Below are positions 37,764 to 46,162 of a DNA stretch of 64,000 nucleotides, one piece after another (position 1 is the stretch's first letter; every line of letters begins with the position of its first letter). The stretch is from Thermoanaerobaculia bacterium (GTDB lineage: Bacteria > Acidobacteriota > Thermoanaerobaculia > Multivoradales > UBA5704): assembly GCA_044226625.1 (NCBI GenBank), contig JBGAGQ010000029.1, positions 1 through 64,000 on the forward strand, written 5' to 3'. The notes beneath the pieces are model-generated. The model was given only the letters and a program-made list of their open reading frames with translations. It did not search any database and was not told the DNA's origin. A program made the translations under genes and the position numbers.

Positions 37764-39551
37764 ATGGAATCGCGCCAGGGACTGCAGCGAGAGTCGGCAA
37801 CCTCTCCGGTGCTGTCGGCCTCCTCGTCCGCCTTCCCGGTAGCGGGGCCCATTCCGTTCGCCGCTCCCTCGCCGGCAGTCCGGAGTCTCGCCGATCTCGA
37901 TCGAGGCGCCAGCCTGGGCCATCGGTTCGAGGAGCGCACGCCGGCGACCGGTTCGTCGAAGACCTCAACGCCGGGACCTTCCCCGGGCCACCCCCTTCCG
38001 GCCCGCGTCCGCTCCCGGTTCGAGCAGGCGTTCGGCGCCGATTTCTCCGACGTCCGGGTCCATCGCGAAAGCACCTTGCCGCCGAGCCCTTTGCGCGCTT
38101 TCGCGCGCGGCTCTCACCTCCATTTCGCTCCGACGAGGTTTCAGCCCGGAACGGCGGCGGGCGACGCCCTGATCGGTCACGAGCTCGCCCATGTCGCCCA
38201 ACAGCGTGAGAGGCGGGTGATGTCCGATGAGACGGCCGATCCCGACTCTGGCGGCGGCGCGCCGTTCAATACGGATTCCGGGCTCGAGCGCGAGGCCAGC
38301 CGATTGGGCGAACGCGCGGCGCGCGGCGAGGCGGTGCCGGTCGGTTCCCAGGCGGCCAAACCCTCCCCTCCCTCCGCGCAGAGCGCGGAGGCTCCGGTTC
38401 AAGCGGGGCTGTTTGACCTGCTGGGTCCCGCGAATCCGCGCCTGTACGCCCCCACCTGGCTGGGCGGACACAGCGAGGAGCATCTCGAAGAGAGGAAGTG
38501 GCAGGGCCGTTCCGGGCCGCTCGATCTGCTCGGACCGGCGAACCCGCGGCTCTATCTGCCGACCCGACTCGGAGGCCACAGCGAGCAGCACCTCGCGGAG
38601 CGCCGACGACAGCGGCGCTCCGGACCGTTCGACCTGCTCGGGCCCGCGAACCCGCGCCTCTACCTGCCGACGCGGCTCGGCGGACACAGTCGCCAGCATC
38701 TCCGAGAACGAGAGATCGAAGGGCGCTCCGGACCGCTGGACCTGCTCGGCCCTCTGAATCCGCGCCAATACCTGCCGACCCGGCTTGGGGGGCACAGCTA
38801 CGACGAGCTCAGCCGCCGCCAGCGCAACGGCACCGATGACGGGCTGACCGCGCTCCCCCGATCTCTCGCGGGGAAAGGCCTGCGCAGGCTCGGCAAGTCG
38901 TTGAACCGTCCGACTCTCAAGAACCTCGGCAAGAGGATGGACTACGGTCACCTCGCTCCGGAACGGCTCCTCAAACAGCATCCGTCGGCCTTCCTTCGAC
39001 GGTACCCGATCTCGGCGAACCTGGAGAACGGAGGGCTGGTAGGCAACCTGCCCTCGAACGCCCGAGAGCAGTTCTTCCTCTCTCAATACCGCCATCCGCA
39101 GACGAAACAGACGGAGTTCACGATGTACCGGGCGAACGATCCCCGGTTGGAAGACTTGAACCCCTCGCGCGGTCCGCTGTTCCGGGCGGGGTTCCTGCCG
39201 ATGCGCCAGATGGCAAGCGACACGGATGGCCCGGATCAGGTGCAGGGGGGCGGCGAGGTGACGAACCAGGACCTCGACCAAGCCCACGAGAGCGTCACCA
39301 TGACGACCCAGCTGAGCGGCTGCTCGATCACCAACCAGCGGGGATGCCTCCAGCACCTGCGCCCCCACCAGAGCGGCCATACCCTGAACGACACGCTCGA
39401 CCCCAACGCGCACGGGCACACGTACGGCAAAGGGGACTATCCGGAAGACCAGCCGACCTTCGTGATGATGAAGAGGAAGCGGAACGGGCGGACGCGCCTC
39501 TATCACCAGCAGGGAGAGAATCCTGGGACCTTCGGAAAACAGGACCTGTAA
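37764..39551 (+). CDS. DUF4157 (eCIS core domain) protein with internal repeats and putative C-terminal toxin domain
   Basis: LPARVRSRFEQAFGADFSDVRVH...AFARG...LIGHELAHVAQQ; four 36-aa repeats; MTTQLSGCS...H motif. Confidence 0.85.
   Translation: MESRQGLQRESATSPVLSASSSAFPVAGPIPFAAPSPAVRSLADLDRGASLGHRFEERTPATGSSKTSTPGPSPGHPLPARVRSRFEQAFGADFSDVRVHRESTLPPSPLRAFARGSHLHFAPTRFQPGTAAGDALIGHELAHVAQQRERRVMSDETADPDSGGGAPFNTDSGLEREASRLGERAARGEAVPVGSQAAKPSPPSAQSAEAPVQAGLFDLLGPANPRLYAPTWLGGHSEEHLEERKWQGRSGPLDLLGPANPRLYLPTRLGGHSEQHLAERRRQRRSGPFDLLGPANPRLYLPTRLGGHSRQHLREREIEGRSGPLDLLGPLNPRQYLPTRLGGHSYDELSRRQRNGTDDGLTALPRSLAGKGLRRLGKSLNRPTLKNLGKRMDYGHLAPERLLKQHPSAFLRRYPISANLENGGLVGNLPSNAREQFFLSQYRHPQTKQTEFTMYRANDPRLEDLNPSRGPLFRAGFLPMRQMASDTDGPDQVQGGGEVTNQDLDQAHESVTMTTQLSGCSITNQRGCLQHLRPHQSGHTLNDTLDPNAHGHTYGKGDYPEDQPTFVMMKRKRNGRTRLYHQQGENPGTFGKQDL
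38406..38825 (+). repeat. Four in-frame tandem repeats, 108-bp period
   Basis: DLLGP unit starts at 38415, 38523, 38631 and 38739; consensus GPLDLLGPANPRLYLPTRLGGHSEQHL. Confidence 0.9.
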
Positions 39552-39585
39552 GAGCGGACCTCCGCCGAGCGAGCTCGCCGATCTC

Positions 39586-40119
39586 CTACGTCTTCCGCTC
39601 CCCCGCGAGAAACGTCCGTAGATCCGCGTCGGAACGGATCGTCATGTGCGGCTCGTCCCGCTGAGGCGGCTCGAATCGATCGAGGTGGTCGATCAGGCGT
39701 TCGAGCGAAAGCACCGGGCGCTCCTTGGACTTCGAGAGCCGCGCGTGGCGCGCGAGGATCTCCTCGCGCGGCGTCGCGACGTAGATCAGCCGAACCTCGT
39801 AGCCATGGCTCGCCGCGTGCTCGCGAAAGCGATCGCGCAGCCAGCGGTAGCAGGCCGTATCGTCGATCGCCACCGGGAGGCCTCGCTTCATCAACGCGGC
39901 CGACTCCTTGATCTGCGCGCCGAGGATCTCCGCCCAGGCCGACTCGGGCAGGCCCTCCAATCCGAACCTTAGGTTGCGCGCCGCGTTGATCGCGTCCGCC
40001 GAGACGACCGCCACCCCGAGCTCCGCCGCCATCGCCTGCACGACGGTGCTCTTGCCGGCGAGGGATGGACCGCAGAGAAGATAGAGGCGCGGAGCCTCGG
40101 CGTCGGTCCTACCTCTCAT
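39586..40119 (-). CDS. AAA_33-like P-loop nucleotide/polynucleotide kinase family protein
   Basis: ATG 40119; CGPSLAGKST Walker A, VSADAIN, IDD, RFEPP. Confidence 0.8.
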   Translation of the reverse strand: MRGRTDAEAPRLYLLCGPSLAGKSTVVQAMAAELGVAVVSADAINAARNLRFGLEGLPESAWAEILGAQIKESAALMKRGLPVAIDDTACYRWLRDRFREHAASHGYEVRLIYVATPREEILARHARLSKSKERPVLSLERLIDHLDRFEPPQRDEPHMTIRSDADLRTFLAGERKT

Positions 40120-40279
40120 TGTCTTCCCCTTGCCTCGTCCGTCGAGGGAGCCACGCGTGGGACCTCGAGAGCCTTCCATCCAATCCTAAGCGCTGCGCGT
40201 TCTCAACGCCTCGGACGAAGAGACGTAACCTTTCGCTTCGCGCCGCGTAAGGAGACCTGGCGGTTCTGCGGCCCCGATT

Positions 40280-40292
40280 TCTACAATGTAGA
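40280..40292. promoter_or_regulatory. Palindrome upstream of the ADOP-padR operon
   Basis: TCTACA-A-TGTAGA, 39 bp before the start codon. Confidence 0.5.
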
Positions 40293-40330
40293 GAACGGGG
40301 CCCTCGGGGCCACCGGACACCCGACCGAAC

Positions 40331-42988
40331 ATGGCCCTCGACTCCCCCACCCCCGACCGCGCAGGGCGCCTCCCTCGTTGGGCCGCCGCGTTGTTCCGCT
40401 CGTTCGTGCCGTTCGCCGCGCGCGACGAGGTGCTCGCCGACCTCGCGGCGGAACATGCCGAGAGGGCTCGCGCCGAGGGGAGGCTCGCGGCCCGAATCTG
40501 GCTCTGGCGGCAGCTACTCGGCTCGTTACCCGCCCTCGTTCGCCGCAGCTGGTGGCGCGGCTGGACCGGGTTCGAGCCGCGCGCCAGTCGCATGCAACCC
40601 GGAGGATCGTTCATGGAAAGCTGGATCGTCGACCTGCGCTACTCCGCCCGCCGGCTCGCGAGCCGCCCGGCCTATCTGCTGCTCGCCGTTCTAACGCTCG
40701 GCCTGGGAGCCGGCGGTTCGGCGGCCCTGTGGAGCGTCGTCCGGACGCTCCTGCTCCAGCCGCTCCCGGTCGCCCGCGAGGCCGAGTTGGGCGTCCTATG
40801 GAGCCCGGGCGACTGGACGGAGGAGGAGTTCCTCTACCTTCGCCCGCAGTTCCCCGGCTTTTCGCGCATGGCCGCGATGACGACGCAGGATGCAACGTTG
40901 GAGCTGCCCGGGCAGCCGCTGCGGATGGTGCACGGGACCCTCGCCACGGCCGAGCTGTTCGACGTTCTCGGCGCGGCACCCGCGCTCGGGCGGACGTTCG
41001 CGCCGGGCGACGACCTCGAAGGCGCGGAGCCGGTCGCCGTGCTCAGCTACGGGCTGTGGCAGGAGCTTGGGGGCGATCCGTCGATCGTCGGCCGTCGGTT
41101 GCTCATGGGCGGCAGGCCGCGCACCGTCGTCGGCGTGATGCCGCGCGGATTCTGGTTCCCGAGCCCGACGACCCGGATCTGGACGGCCGTGCCGCTGAGC
41201 AGCGAGCACCGTTCGGGCAATTACGCGCTCGTCGGCCGGGTCGCGAAAGGTGCGAGCGTAGAACACCTGGAAGGACCCCTTCGCGCCCTCGCCTCGACGC
41301 TCGGCGCTCGGTTCAAGTATCCGACCGATTGGGACAAAACCCGTTCGCCCTCGGTCACGCCGCTACGCGAGTTCCTGGTCGGCAAGCTCCGCCCGAGCCT
41401 GCTCGCGACGTCGGCCGCGATGGTGTTGATCCTGGTCATGGCCTGCGTCAACGTCGCCGCGTTGATGCTCGGCCAGGTGGGGGGCCGGAGCACGGAGCTC
41501 GCCGTACGCACCGCCCTAGGCGCGGGGAGGCGACGGCTGCTCCAGCAGCTCACGATCGAATCGCTGCTGATCGGCGCGCTCGCCGGCGCCGCGGGCGCCG
41601 GGATCGCCGCGGCGGGCTTCGAGCTGTTGGTGGGCTCTCTGCCGCTCGGCGACCTCGCCCAGGCGGCGCACCTCGACTGGACCCTGTTCTGGGCGGCGAT
41701 CGTCGTGGCGCTCCTCGCCGCGGCGGCGATCGTCGTGGTGCCCGGCGTGGCGCTCTGGCGCGGCAACCTCCGCGGCTCGATCGCGACGTCGCGAACGGGC
41801 GGCCTCAGCGGGCGCGGCGGCCGGCTCGACGGCGGCCTGGTCGTCACCCAGATCGCCCTCGCGGTTCTCCTCGCCGCGGGCGCGGGCCTGCTGCTGCGCA
41901 GCGTCGCCAAACTCCGCGCGATCGACCCCGGCCTCGAGGTCGAGCGCCTGGCGGTCTTCGACGCCGCCGCCCCCTCCGCGCTCTCGATCGACGATCGGCG
42001 GCGCGTGGTGCTCGACCTCATTCCAACGCTACAAGCCCTTCCCGGCGTGCGCGCGGCCGCCGCGACCCAGAAGCTGCCGCTGCGCGGCTCGGGCGACTCA
42101 TGGGGCATCCGAATCGAAGGCAAGCCCGATCTCGCCGAGAGCACCACGTTCTTCCGGATCGTCACCTCGGATTACTTCAAGGCTCTCGGCATCCCGATCC
42201 TGCGCGGGCGCGGGCCGCTCCCGACCGACCGCGCCGGAACCGAGCGCGTGGTGGTGGTCAACGAAGCGCTCGCCGCGAAGTACTTCCCGGGCGAGGATCC
42301 GATCGGCCGGATCGTCCATACCGGGTTCGACTCGCGGGGCGAGCGGATCGTCGGCGTGGTCGGTAACGTGCCGGAGGCCGATCTCGCCGGACCGCCCGCT
42401 CCCGCCCGGTACATGCTCTACGACCAGGTGCCCTACGCTTCGTACGAGATGTCGTTCGTCCTCTCGGCGGCCGACGCCCGGGAGCTTCCGCGGGTGCTCG
42501 AAGCCGGGCGCGCCGCGATCGAACGAGAGGGCAGGCGGATCGCGCTCGCGCGCACGGTGACTTTCCGCTCGATCTTCGAAGAGGCGATCGGCGCGCCGCG
42601 CCAGATCGCGGTCCTCTTGTCATTGCTCGCTGGCCTCGCGCTGGTGCTCGGAGCCGTCGGGGTCTACGGCATGATTTCCCACTTCGTCACCCGTCGCACG
42701 CGCGAATACGGCATCCGGCTCGCTCTCGGGCTCCGGCCCGCCGGCGTGGTCTCGCAGGTCATGGGCCGAGGGATCCGGCTCGTCGCGATCGGCAGCGTGG
42801 CCGGCGTCGTCGCCGCCCTGCTTTCGACCCGCCTCTTGGGCTCGCTGCTCTACGGCGTCGGAGCGACCGATCCCCGCGCGCTCGCCGGCGCGGTCGTCGC
42901 CCTCCTCGCGGTCGGCGCGCTCGCCGCCTTCGTCCCTGCCCGCCGGGCGAGCCGCACCGATCCAGCGTCGGTGCTGCGCCAGGAGTGA
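40331..42988 (+). CDS. ADOP-family duplicated ABC permease
   Basis: TLGLGAGG, ACVNVAAL, ELAVRTALGA, RTREYGIRLALG, VLRQE. Confidence 0.9.
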   Translation: MALDSPTPDRAGRLPRWAAALFRSFVPFAARDEVLADLAAEHAERARAEGRLAARIWLWRQLLGSLPALVRRSWWRGWTGFEPRASRMQPGGSFMESWIVDLRYSARRLASRPAYLLLAVLTLGLGAGGSAALWSVVRTLLLQPLPVAREAELGVLWSPGDWTEEEFLYLRPQFPGFSRMAAMTTQDATLELPGQPLRMVHGTLATAELFDVLGAAPALGRTFAPGDDLEGAEPVAVLSYGLWQELGGDPSIVGRRLLMGGRPRTVVGVMPRGFWFPSPTTRIWTAVPLSSEHRSGNYALVGRVAKGASVEHLEGPLRALASTLGARFKYPTDWDKTRSPSVTPLREFLVGKLRPSLLATSAAMVLILVMACVNVAALMLGQVGGRSTELAVRTALGAGRRRLLQQLTIESLLIGALAGAAGAGIAAAGFELLVGSLPLGDLAQAAHLDWTLFWAAIVVALLAAAAIVVVPGVALWRGNLRGSIATSRTGGLSGRGGRLDGGLVVTQIALAVLLAAGAGLLLRSVAKLRAIDPGLEVERLAVFDAAAPSALSIDDRRRVVLDLIPTLQALPGVRAAAATQKLPLRGSGDSWGIRIEGKPDLAESTTFFRIVTSDYFKALGIPILRGRGPLPTDRAGTERVVVVNEALAAKYFPGEDPIGRIVHTGFDSRGERIVGVVGNVPEADLAGPPAPARYMLYDQVPYASYEMSFVLSAADARELPRVLEAGRAAIEREGRRIALARTVTFRSIFEEAIGAPRQIAVLLSLLAGLALVLGAVGVYGMISHFVTRRTREYGIRLALGLRPAGVVSQVMGRGIRLVAIGSVAGVVAALLSTRLLGSLLYGVGATDPRALAGAVVALLAVGALAAFVPARRASRTDPASVLRQE

Positions 42989-42991
42989 CGG

Positions 42992-43339
42992 ATGAAGCAC
43001 GCGAAAGCCGCAGAGCTCGCCCCGATCGGAAGCTTCGAGGAGCAGGTGATGCTCGCCGTCCTGCGCACCGCCGAGGAGGCGTACGGCATGAACGTCCGCC
43101 GGGAGCTCGAGCGGGTGGCACGGCGCGACGTGACCATCGGCTCGGTCTACGCCACGCTGGACCGCCTGGAAGCGAAGGGTCTCGTCGGATCGTTACGCGC
43201 CGCATCCTCGGACGACGCGGGATCCCGCCGCGTCTTTTCCGTCACCGCACTCGGCGCGCTTGCGCTCGCCGAGACCCGCGCGATGCGCGACCGGCTGTGG
43301 GAAGGGGTCGAGCTGCGGCCCCTCCTGGGCCGAGCCTGA
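42992..43339 (+). CDS. PadR-family regulator
   Basis: GSFEEQVMLAV...AYGM...GSVYATLDRLEAKG. Confidence 0.88.
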   Translation: MKHAKAAELAPIGSFEEQVMLAVLRTAEEAYGMNVRRELERVARRDVTIGSVYATLDRLEAKGLVGSLRAASSDDAGSRRVFSVTALGALALAETRAMRDRLWEGVELRPLLGRA

Positions 43340-43431
43340 TCGGAGGAGAGCGGAAGGAGCGAGCCGGACGGTTCAAAGGGACGGCCTTCTTATCCCCGGG
43401 GAGGCCGGACTTTTCGATTCGGACCGCCGGA

Positions 43432-43845
43432 TCAGGCCGGGCTCGCCGCCCGCGTTTCGATCAGGTTCACCGTGAATTCCGGAGGCTCGAAGATGTGCCG
43501 TTTGACCGTGCAGTGGTCGACCGCGCGGACGATGGCGTCGCGGTATTTCTCCGGAAATCCTTCGGGTAGCTCGAGATCGATCCGCAGCCGGGCGACGCGG
43601 CTCTCCCCTTCGTTCTTCTCCGTCGCGAGACGGACCGCGAGCCCTTCCGTGGAGAGCGAACGCTGCTGGCAGAAGCGGAGGGCATAAAGCCCCGCGCAGG
43701 TCCCGATCGAAGCGAGGAAGAGGTCGAACGGCGAGGGCGCCGCGCCACCTCCTCCAGAGGCCTCCGGCTGGTCGGTGTGAACCGTGAATCCCTTGAATCG
43801 GGCGTCGACCGCCACGCCGCCCGGGAACTGGATTTCCATGTTCAT
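43432..43845 (-). CDS. OsmC-family protein
   Basis: PSPFDLFLASIGTCAG and a second Cys in CTVKRH. Confidence 0.9.
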   Translation of the reverse strand: MNMEIQFPGGVAVDARFKGFTVHTDQPEASGGGGAAPSPFDLFLASIGTCAGLYALRFCQQRSLSTEGLAVRLATEKNEGESRVARLRIDLELPEGFPEKYRDAIVRAVDHCTVKRHIFEPPEFTVNLIETRAASPA

Positions 43846-43871
43846 CGAAGAGTTACCTCCCCTGCTTCATT

Positions 43872-44771
43872 TCACCGAACGGCGGAGGATTCCGCACCGT
43901 CTCTTGGGGCGGGTCCGGGGGTGGAGTCAACGTCCTCGCCTTCCGCCGCGCTGCCCGGCGCGAACGCGAGCGCGAGGTCGGCCACGGTCTTGGCCACGCA
44001 GAAGAAGACCGACCACCCGGCAAGGCCCGAGGCATAAAGCCTCACGACAAGGAAGAAGGTGGCGATCCAGAGGCCGAACCATCCGATGACCTGCCAGGCG
44101 GCGACGGACTTGCCGAGACCGCGGGCGGCCCGGTCGCTGCGCCAAACCAGCAGCCGGAAGCCGAGCCAAAGCATGCCGATCAGCGGCACGGCGTGCGGTA
44201 GGACGGCGAGAATCAGGACCAACCAGCGCGCGATGGCGTTGCGCCCCGGCGTCGCCTCGAAAGGTCCGCCGCGCTCGCGGTAGCGGACCAGGTCCCGGGC
44301 CGCCCCGAGCAGCGCGCCGAGAAAAGTGACCGCCAGCGGCGCGACGATCTGCTCCGCATGGAGGGTGGCGAGCGGAGCTTCGAGGAACGCCCGAACCGCG
44401 TCGCCCCTCTTCAAGACCGAGACGATCAGGAGCAGATTGAATCCCAGGAGCACCGCCAAGATGAACAGCAGGATCGCGATCCGGCCGACGAGGCTCGACC
44501 GCAGCTGCTCCTCTCGAGCCTCGGGAGGGACGAACCGGCTTTCGACCGCTTCGACGATCGACAACAAGATCGCCTCGCTCGCGACCAGGAGGACCAGGCC
44601 GAGCGGGTCGATCCGGCCGGTGATCAGCAGGTAGGCGACGACCGCGTTGCTCAGGACCGCGATCTCGACCTGCTCCCACCTCGATCGGGGATCGATCGGT
44701 GGGCGGCGGACGGCCGCCTCCCGAGCCCGCTTCAACCTCTCCCGCGCCGCCCTCGACCTACCGCTGCCCAT
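43872..44771 (-). CDS. Hypothetical polytopic membrane protein
   Basis: Seven or more hydrophobic segments; GC-type codon usage. Confidence 0.65.
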   Translation of the reverse strand: MGSGRSRAARERLKRAREAAVRRPPIDPRSRWEQVEIAVLSNAVVAYLLITGRIDPLGLVLLVASEAILLSIVEAVESRFVPPEAREEQLRSSLVGRIAILLFILAVLLGFNLLLIVSVLKRGDAVRAFLEAPLATLHAEQIVAPLAVTFLGALLGAARDLVRYRERGGPFEATPGRNAIARWLVLILAVLPHAVPLIGMLWLGFRLLVWRSDRAARGLGKSVAAWQVIGWFGLWIATFFLVVRLYASGLAGWSVFFCVAKTVADLALAFAPGSAAEGEDVDSTPGPAPRDGAESSAVR

Positions 44772-44798
44772 TCTCGTCCGCGATGCCCGAGGGTCGCC

Positions 44799-45194
44799 CT
44801 ACTCGCTCCGGTTGCGGCGGACCCAGGCGCGGAACGAGCCGTCGGTCTCGTGGTCGTAGTAGGTCCGCTTATGGTTGTCGGCCGCCCACAGCGCCCAGAC
44901 CTCGGTGACCTGGTAGGCCGGGCCGTCGTAGTCGTTGCACTCGTCGCCGTCGGGGAGGGTGCGGCCGAACAGAAGCACGTGGTCGCCTTCGTCCAACCCT
45001 TCGATCGCGCCGGTCAAAACCCGCGTCTTGCCTTCGTGCTCGCGCAGCAGCAGGCAGTCGCTGTCGTCGTCCCAGCGCAAATAACCGTCGGACGTGAAAT
45101 CGACCGCGCGCGCCGCGCCCGGTAGGGCCAACGCCGCCACCATCAAAGCCGCTCCCATCACACCCGCGAATCGGCCGCGATTCCGCTCGTTCAT
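44799..45194 (-). CDS. Small secreted protein (DUF5818-like OB-fold pattern)
   Basis: ATG 45194 after GGAG; signal peptide ending ARA; CLLLR...L.G...G..V...G...C pattern. Confidence 0.6.
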   Translation of the reverse strand: MNERNRGRFAGVMGAALMVAALALPGAARAVDFTSDGYLRWDDDSDCLLLREHEGKTRVLTGAIEGLDEGDHVLLFGRTLPDGDECNDYDGPAYQVTEVWALWAADNHKRTYYDHETDGSFRAWVRRNRSE

Positions 45195-45392
45195 GTCTCC
45201 ATCTCCATGGAAGGGGGTTACCGGGTCGTCCCGGATCTTTACCTTTGTCGGTCGGAAAACCCGCCAAGAATATCGCCATCCGCACCCCGAAGCTTGAAAC
45301 GAGATCCGTCGCCTGTCGGCTGCTCCCGAAAAGTCACGGCCGGAGCCGTCTACCGGGGTGTACCCTACGGAAGGAGGAAGGAGCCAAGCCGA

Positions 45393-46103
45393 ATGGAGAC
45401 CCGCGACGCCGCTCTCGAACCGCCGCCGGAAGTCGTCCTGATTCCAGGACTTCACGGCACCACGGCCTTGTTCGGATCCTTTTCGGCCGAGGCACCGGCG
45501 GGATTTCGCTGCCATGCGATGGCGCTCCCCACGGACGGCGAGCAGGACGCCGACACCCTAGCGGGGAGGCTCGCGAACGCGGTTCCGGCGACCGGCCGCC
45601 TCCTCCTCGTGGGCGAATCGTTCGGAGGACCCGTCGCGACACGCCTGGCGCAGATTCTCGGCCCGCGCGTAGAGCTCTTGATCCTCTCGAATCCCTTGAC
45701 CGCCGTGCCCATCCCCTTCCCCGCCGGGCTCGCGCGAAGGCTGATGCGCTCGCGCGCCTTCCCGACCGGAGCGGTCTCTTTCACCATGGCGGCCGGCGAT
45801 CGGGCGCTCGCCGAAACCCTCCTCGCCGAGCTGTGCTCCCTGCCGCCCGAAACCCTCGAACGCCGGCTCGCCGCGGCGTCTCGCGCCGAGCGAAGCTACA
45901 TCCCGGACCACGCCTCCGGCCGGATGCTCACCCTGCTCGGAACCGCCGATCGCCTGATCTCCCCCTCCGCCAGTCGGAAAATCCTCGCCCCGATTCCCGG
46001 CAACACCGTGGTCGAGATCGATGCGCCCCATCTGCTCCTGCAGACTCGGCCGGCAGAGGCGTGGGCGGCGATTGCCGCGCATGCTCGGAGAGTCGCCCTC
46101 TAG
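45393..46103 (+). CDS. Alpha/beta hydrolase
   Basis: LIPGLHGT, GESFGG nucleophile elbow, D(RLI), APHLL. Confidence 0.85.
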   Translation: METRDAALEPPPEVVLIPGLHGTTALFGSFSAEAPAGFRCHAMALPTDGEQDADTLAGRLANAVPATGRLLLVGESFGGPVATRLAQILGPRVELLILSNPLTAVPIPFPAGLARRLMRSRAFPTGAVSFTMAAGDRALAETLLAELCSLPPETLERRLAAASRAERSYIPDHASGRMLTLLGTADRLISPSASRKILAPIPGNTVVEIDAPHLLLQTRPAEAWAAIAAHARRVAL

Positions 46104-46162
46104 CCGGATTCGCGGCGAGCGACGATCGACGTCCCGGGGATGGAGGCGAAGCCAATCGCCGC

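Noticed and set aside
38406-38825. Possible CRISPR array (regular 108-bp period)
   Set aside because: Units are in-frame coding repeats with synonymous variation, no unique spacers and no cas genes.
32864-40490. Possible diversity-generating retroelement TR/VR pair or programmed hypermutation
   Set aside because: Differences are mainly deletions plus synonymous substitutions at mixed bases, not adenine-specific; the region is far too long and no reverse transcriptase is present.
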